Part shown: in pieces, positions 56,219 to 60,201 of the stretch
Layout of the letters: every line of letters begins with the position of its first letter
Position numbering within the stretch: the stretch's first letter is position 1
Source: a virus
Lineage: Duplodnaviria; Caudoviricetes
DNA length: 60,201 nucleotides
Strand: one strand, 5' to 3'
IMG/VR virus record: IMGVR_UViG_3300021964_000065
Location: 1 to 60,201 of that record
Notes under the pieces: generated by a model
The model's input: the letters and a program-made list of their open reading frames with translations, nothing else
Database searches by the model: none
What the model was told of the DNA's origin: nothing
Program-made: the position numbers and the translations under genes

Positions 56219-56440
56219 CTTTTTCGTAATTATTGTTGTAAGATATACTGAAGTAATGGGTTATACATAACATTCTGATAACCAGCGCTTTAAACTAAAC
56301 CCTTTATTTTAACCCCACGGGGCCCCCTTTTTTGTAGTTTTTATTAGGATTTTTAGGTTTTTGTTGTGTTATTTGTGTGAGTGTTGTGCTAACTAGTTTC
56401 GTGTAACCTCAGCACTTACTTTGAACCGATCTGTGTTTTT

Positions 56441-56474
56441 TACGAACTTAACACGGATCTCTTTGGATAATATA
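56441..56474 (+). promoter_or_regulatory. early promoter-like repeat 1
   Basis: TACGAACTTAACACG-N9-GGATAATATA. Confidence 0.75.
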
Positions 56475-56520
56475 ATTATGCTCTGACCTCAACCACACCC
56501 ATCGACGGTGGTATATTTTT

Positions 56521-56554
56521 TACAAGGTTAACACGACCTACTTTGGATAATATA
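56521..56554 (+). promoter_or_regulatory. early promoter-like repeat 2
   Basis: TACAAGGTTAACACG-N9-GGATAATATA. Confidence 0.75.
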
Positions 56555-56585
56555 AGTGTAACAAATAATAATTAAAACTATAACT

Positions 56586-56735
56586 ATGTCAACTACTAAA
56601 CAACTTAAAAAATTAATCTCTAAAGTATCAAACAAAAAATATTTAAACTATGAGTATTCTATAGAACATGTTCTTAAAAAATTAAATAAAATATACTTAG
56701 AAGAATTAGAGTATCAAAAGGAATTAAATAAATAA
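56586..56735 (+). CDS. early hypothetical protein
   Basis: 49-aa ORF read manually, after repeat 2. Confidence 0.55.
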   Translation: MSTTKQLKKLISKVSNKKYLNYEYSIEHVLKKLNKIYLEELEYQKELNK

Positions 56736-56739
56736 TTCC

Positions 56740-56772
56740 TACAAAGTAAACACGACCTCAACGGATAATATA
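56740..56772 (+). promoter_or_regulatory. early promoter-like repeat 3
   Basis: TACAAAGTAAACACG-N8-GGATAATATA. Confidence 0.75.
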
Positions 56773-56794
56773 TATGAACATTAAAATAAATAAA

Positions 56795-56938
56795 ATGAAT
56801 AGAGAAGATCAAATAGAAGAATTATACAACCAAGTAATACAAGAGTATTCAGAATTACAATACGAATATTCTGATGACGAACTACAAGATGTAATAATGA
56901 ATATAGTTTATGAAGAACTTGATAAATTACAAAGTTAA
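56795..56938 (+). CDS. early acidic hypothetical protein
   Basis: 47-aa ORF; stop codon lies inside repeat 4. Confidence 0.55.
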   Translation: MNREDQIEELYNQVIQEYSELQYEYSDDELQDVIMNIVYEELDKLQS

Positions 56939-56961
56939 TACGAACCTCAACGGATAATATA
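56928..56961 (+). promoter_or_regulatory. early promoter-like repeat 4
   Basis: TACAAAGTTAATACG-N9-GGATAATATA. Confidence 0.75.
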
Positions 56962-56983
56962 TATGTAACTAAATATAACAAAC

Positions 56984-57148
56984 ATGAAAATAGACTTAAC
57001 ACAAAAAGAAATAGATAGAATATACTTTACATTAAAAGATTATATTAAAATATCAAACGATGTTGATTACCTAAATGAATTAACTGAAGTTAATAAAGAA
57101 GAATTTAAAGTAGAATTAGAATTAATTGAAAAGTTTAGTGAACTATAA
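56984..57148 (+). CDS. early hypothetical protein
   Basis: 54-aa ORF (MKIDLTQKEI...). Confidence 0.55.
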   Translation: MKIDLTQKEIDRIYFTLKDYIKISNDVDYLNELTEVNKEEFKVELELIEKFSEL

Positions 57149-57282
57149 ATAGACACTTAAAATTACAAACTAAAATAACAAATATGACTAAAAATACTAA
57201 GTAAAACAAGGGTTTAAGAGACATTCACACACTGAACTATACCTATACACTTAAAAACATTAACAAATAAACAACACACCTT

Positions 57283-57471
57283 ATGACTACTGAAACATAC
57301 AACAAGATACAAAAGAGAATAACAAGACAAAACCAACGTACTCAAGACCTTATGTCTAACTATGTACGACCGATTAAGAGAGTAACAAGAGTAACATTCT
57401 CACGTAAAGCATTGTGGGATAATATAGACACAACAAAAGTATACTACTCTTATACTAAACTACAAGCTTAA
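57283..57471 (+). CDS. early hypothetical protein
   Basis: ORF; stop codon inside repeat 5. Confidence 0.6.
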   Translation: MTTETYNKIQKRITRQNQRTQDLMSNYVRPIKRVTRVTFSRKALWDNIDTTKVYYSYTKLQA

Positions 57472-57494
57472 TACGGCTTTAAATGGATAATATA
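57461..57494 (+). promoter_or_regulatory. early promoter-like repeat 5
   Basis: TACAAGCTTAATACG-N9-GGATAATATA. Confidence 0.75.
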
Positions 57495-57495
57495 A

Positions 57496-57693
57496 ATGAA
57501 TATAAAAACAAACACAATGAAATATAACACTGCATTACACAACTACTTCAACCAACATAAAAACCTCAACAAGTTATTCAATGAGATGAATGATATAGAT
57601 ATTGAAATTGATCCACTACATAATAAAAAACTATACTTACAAAGTCTAGGTTTCAATCAAGAAAAAATAAACCAACTATTAAAAATAAAATAA
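57496..57693 (+). CDS. early hypothetical protein
   Basis: ORF immediately after repeat 5. Confidence 0.55.
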   Translation: MNIKTNTMKYNTALHNYFNQHKNLNKLFNEMNDIDIEIDPLHNKKLYLQSLGFNQEKINQLLKIK

Positions 57694-57694
57694 T

Positions 57695-57874
57695 ATGTCA
57701 CAACTAACAAGACTACACGAACTGAATGGCAAATTAGATATGCTACAAGATCTTAAAATATCTGGTCTAGGTTTATCGCTTGACCAACAAGAAAAGTTGC
57801 TATACACACACCAACAAGTACTTGACCAACGTTTTGAATTACTAAAAGAAATTAAAAAAGAATATATACTATGA
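57695..57874 (+). CDS. early hypothetical protein
   Basis: 59-aa ORF read manually. Confidence 0.55.
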   Translation: MSQLTRLHELNGKLDMLQDLKISGLGLSLDQQEKLLYTHQQVLDQRFELLKEIKKEYIL

Positions 57875-57984
57875 CTATAATAAACAAATATACAGGACGT
57901 GACGTCTCAAGAGAATTCCTAGCCTTAATGGAAGGTATAATAACAAACGAAGAATTTGAACTAATAACATTAACACTAAAATAA
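57871..57984 (+). CDS. early hypothetical protein
   Basis: 37-aa ORF with ATGA overlap. Confidence 0.5.
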   Translation: MTIINKYTGRDVSREFLALMEGIITNEEFELITLTLK

Positions 57985-57989
57985 ACACT

Positions 57990-58319
57990 ATGAGCTATAC
58001 AAATTACAAAATAGACGAACTAGCGCAAGATTTTTCTGAAGATGCATGGAATGCATTTCACAATGCAGAAATAAATGACCAAGATGATCTATATGATTAT
58101 AGACACCAATGGGTTGACAACAAAGTAATATACACACACGATTGCAAAAGATATACTGACGATTTAAACTATGATATATTTGAAGAGCATGACTTATTTG
58201 GCCGTGCAGAAAACTGGTCGCAAGCAGCATATAATGCTATCTACGACGCTCTAGATGAGTCCGATGACACTGTCTCTTGGTATGATATGGAACAGGTATT
58301 GCAAGAAGCCACAAACTAA
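57990..58319 (+). CDS. Ocr-like (T7 gp0.3-like) acidic DNA-mimic anti-restriction protein
   Basis: EINDQDDLYDYRHQWVDNKVIYTHD aligns with recalled Ocr [26 protein letters not shown]; similar size and acidity. Confidence 0.65.
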   Translation: MSYTNYKIDELAQDFSEDAWNAFHNAEINDQDDLYDYRHQWVDNKVIYTHDCKRYTDDLNYDIFEEHDLFGRAENWSQAAYNAIYDALDESDDTVSWYDMEQVLQEATN

Positions 58320-58325
58320 ATAACA

Positions 58326-58451
58326 ATGGAAGAAATAACATTTGAACCAATTTACTGTAACTCTTGCAACAATACAGATCTTACATACAACCAAAGTATT
58401 ATGGATTCATATTGTGCAAACTGTGGCGAATGGCAAGGCGGTGAATATTAA
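58326..58451 (+). CDS. small zinc-ribbon protein
   Basis: CNSC...CANC, 41 aa. Confidence 0.6.
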   Translation: MEEITFEPIYCNSCNNTDLTYNQSIMDSYCANCGEWQGGEY

Positions 58452-58457
58452 TACAAT

Positions 58458-58491
58458 TACAAACTAAATACGAACAACAATGGATAATATA
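58458..58491 (+). promoter_or_regulatory. early promoter-like repeat 6
   Basis: TACAAACTAAATACG-N9-GGATAATATA. Confidence 0.75.
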
Positions 58492-58740
58492 TACGAATCA
58501 GAAATAACGACTAGTCTTCCTCTAGGGCAGCTTCCAATAATGACTAACACATGGATATTTTATGGTACTGACCATAGCGGAATCAAAACAATACACCACA
58601 TTAAACAATGTAAACGCCCTGAAGCAACAAGCGAATACAAAGAAATGATGCACTTACTAGAAAATAATACTTATTACACAACAGGATATATGACTAGTAA
58701 AGCATGGAATAAAGATCACCAATATATAAAAGTAATATGA
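58480..58740 (+). CDS. early hypothetical protein (true start probably downstream, near 58540)
   Basis: ORF; the first ATG lies inside repeat 6. Confidence 0.55.
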   Translation: MDNIYESEITTSLPLGQLPIMTNTWIFYGTDHSGIKTIHHIKQCKRPEATSEYKEMMHLLENNTYYTTGYMTSKAWNKDHQYIKVI

Positions 58741-58844
58741 AAGAATGCTCTTACTGTAACGAACCTTTAAACGAAGACGAACAAATATATTTTAATCGCG
58801 TTGTAGATGAAATGCCTCTATGCGCACAATGCTTAACATTATGA
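58737..58844 (+). CDS. small zinc-finger protein
   Basis: CSYC...CAQC, 35 aa, ATGA overlaps on both sides. Confidence 0.55.
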   Translation: MKECSYCNEPLNEDEQIYFNRVVDEMPLCAQCLTL

Positions 58845-59026
58845 ACACACTAATACAACAAATAGCAGATAAGTGCATCGAAGAAATTGATGAACACATT
58901 GAAAATACAATTCACTGGCAATTTGAATTTGATAATGAAATTATTGAAGGCGATGAATTAAACGAATTACAATTAAAAATTAAACAACAAATATTATTTA
59001 CATTAATTAAAAAAGTAACAAAATGA
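58841..59026 (+). CDS. early hypothetical protein
   Basis: ORF with likely start 58841. Confidence 0.6.
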   Translation: MNTLIQQIADKCIEEIDEHIENTIHWQFEFDNEIIEGDELNELQLKIKQQILFTLIKKVTK

Positions 59027-59370
59027 CACACATTGAACAACTAACAAAAATATTAAAAATAGATAAAGTAACAGAAGACTACGGAAGATATTGCAATTTG
59101 CATATCTACACACAAACAACTGCGGATGGTTATGAAGTCTATGTAGTATCACACGATCCATCTAATATGGACTGGGAAAATGATGTATTCTATTACAAAC
59201 CAGACTTTGATATTTTAATAGAAACTATATCAGAATTAGATGAAGATGCTATTGTATACTGCTCAGATGTAGATGAATTCTTTCCTGAGTATGAAGTTGA
59301 AAACTTTATTGAATGCAATGATGAAGAATACAAAGTTGATGATGGAGTAATTAATTATTTTACAAAGTAA
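59023..59370 (+). CDS. early highly acidic protein
   Basis: D/E-rich, 115 aa; stop codon inside repeat 7. Confidence 0.65.
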   Translation: MTHIEQLTKILKIDKVTEDYGRYCNLHIYTQTTADGYEVYVVSHDPSNMDWENDVFYYKPDFDILIETISELDEDAIVYCSDVDEFFPEYEVENFIECNDEEYKVDDGVINYFTK

Positions 59371-59394
59371 ACACGAAGCATAGCGGATAATATT
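59361..59394 (+). promoter_or_regulatory. early promoter-like repeat 7
   Basis: TACAAAGTAAACACG-N9-GGATAATATT. Confidence 0.75.
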
Positions 59395-59470
59395 AACGAA
59401 CAACAAAACTAGTTGAACCAATGAAAACAACCACTCCATACACAACATATATGGCCAAAGAATTAACAAA

Positions 59471-59617
59471 ATGATTATAGACGTAAGATCACAAGAATCT
59501 GTATTTATAACAATAGGTACTGAAACATATTATATAGACAACTCAACTGGTGAACATATTATGGACCACTGGAATAATGAAATTGAATACTGTAATGATG
59601 AATATGAAAACATTTGA
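59471..59617 (+). CDS. early hypothetical protein
   Basis: 48-aa ORF (MIIDVRS...YYIDNSTGE). Confidence 0.55.
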   Translation: MIIDVRSQESVFITIGTETYYIDNSTGEHIMDHWNNEIEYCNDEYENI

Positions 59618-59801
59618 CAGGTACAAACAAAACTTAAAACTAATAGGTAATGACGTTATATCGTATGATACACACGTCGCAGAAATTAAAGATGGTAAAC
59701 TATATAAACTTAAATGGAATGTAAGAGGCATGACCTCAAGCCCAACTACAACTAAACATATTAATTATGTTGCAAGAGAATTAAACCTTGAAATTATATA
59801 A
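59604..59801 (+). CDS. early hypothetical protein
   Basis: SY.T.VA.I....S.TT.KHINY motif common in phage early genes; likely start 59604. Confidence 0.6.
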   Translation: MKTFDRYKQNLKLIGNDVISYDTHVAEIKDGKLYKLKWNVRGMTSSPTTTKHINYVARELNLEII

Positions 59802-59805
59802 ACAC

Positions 59806-59952
59806 ATGACACTACACGACGTATACATACTAGATAAAATAAATGAAAACAAAATGCATACAATGCACGAGAAAACTTTCATTGCTAAAAATAAATATCA
59901 AATAAAGTTACCAACTGAAAAATTAAATGACTACTTTTACAATAACAAATAA
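59806..59952 (+). CDS. early hypothetical protein
   Basis: 48-aa ORF read manually. Confidence 0.5.
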   Translation: MTLHDVYILDKINENKMHTMHEKTFIAKNKYQIKLPTEKLNDYFYNNK

Positions 59953-59990
59953 TACGACAATAGCAATTTAAATAACAGGCTAACGTCACA
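59953..59990. promoter_or_regulatory. inverted-repeat operator-like site, copy 3
   Basis: TACGACAATAG-N16-CTAACGTCACA, intergenic. Confidence 0.55.
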
Positions 59991-60002
59991 AAACAAACAA
60001 CA

Positions 60003-60152
60003 ATGGGTAAATTAATTATAACATATAAAGGTGAACAACTAGAATACTTAATCAACACAAAAGTAGCCGACCACGTATCTATGAAAGCTATTGAACACAT
60101 ATTAAAAGAATTCCCACCTGAGGCACCCGTTGATTTTATAGAACTATATTAA
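60003..60152 (+). CDS. hypothetical protein
   Basis: 49-aa ORF read manually. Confidence 0.55.
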   Translation: MGKLIITYKGEQLEYLINTKVADHVSMKAIEHILKEFPPEAPVDFIELY

Positions 60153-60190
60153 ATATTATGGCAGGAAATAAACACAACACACAGTTTGCT

Positions 60191-60201
60191 ATACACAAAC
60201 C
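60191..60201. repeat. terminal overlap identical to positions 1-11
   Basis: ATACACAAACC at both ends. Confidence 0.85.

Noticed and set aside
56441-59394. CRISPR array interpretation of the repeats
   Set aside because: Spacing is irregular (80 to about 1000 nt), the repeats have a variable core, they separate ORFs, and no cas genes are present
1-60201. Alternative genetic code, or prophage/integrase
   Set aside because: Long genes are intact under code 11; no integrase, repressor module or host genes were seen

Overview
This window looks like a complete, circularly assembled genome of about 60.19 kb from a lytic Bacteroidota (probably Flavobacteriaceae) tailed phage. The last 11 nt repeat the first 11 nt, and an ORF reads through the junction. 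The plus-strand arm (56.4 kb to end, then 1 to 13.3 kb) carries many tiny early genes separated by seven copies of a bipartite, non-host-like promoter motif (TACRARSTWAAYACG-N8/9-GGATAATAT), an Ocr-like DNA mimic, two structured CCA-ended small RNAs, a sigma70-family factor, ERF recombinase, exonuclease, SSB, T7 gp4/Twinkle-type primase-helicase, ThyA, MazG-like proteins, a resolvase and class Ia RNR. The minus-strand arm (56.1 to 13.4 kb) carries GroEL/GroES, small basic proteins, tail fibres, terminase, portal, scaffold, major capsid, podovirus-type tail ring and nozzle proteins, internal (ejection) proteins and lysis genes. No DNA polymerase, RNA polymerase or integrase is recognisable. The leading hypothesis concerns the 2395-aa virion ejection polyprotein. 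It carries an HExxH zincin protease, a sigma70 region-2-like module and a His-Me-nuclease-like module, delimited by recurring K-F-S-K-S-like linkers. This suggests a virion-injected, proteolytically released sigma factor that redirects host RNAP to the phage-specific early promoter array. All family assignments are by eye and need HMM or structure confirmation.
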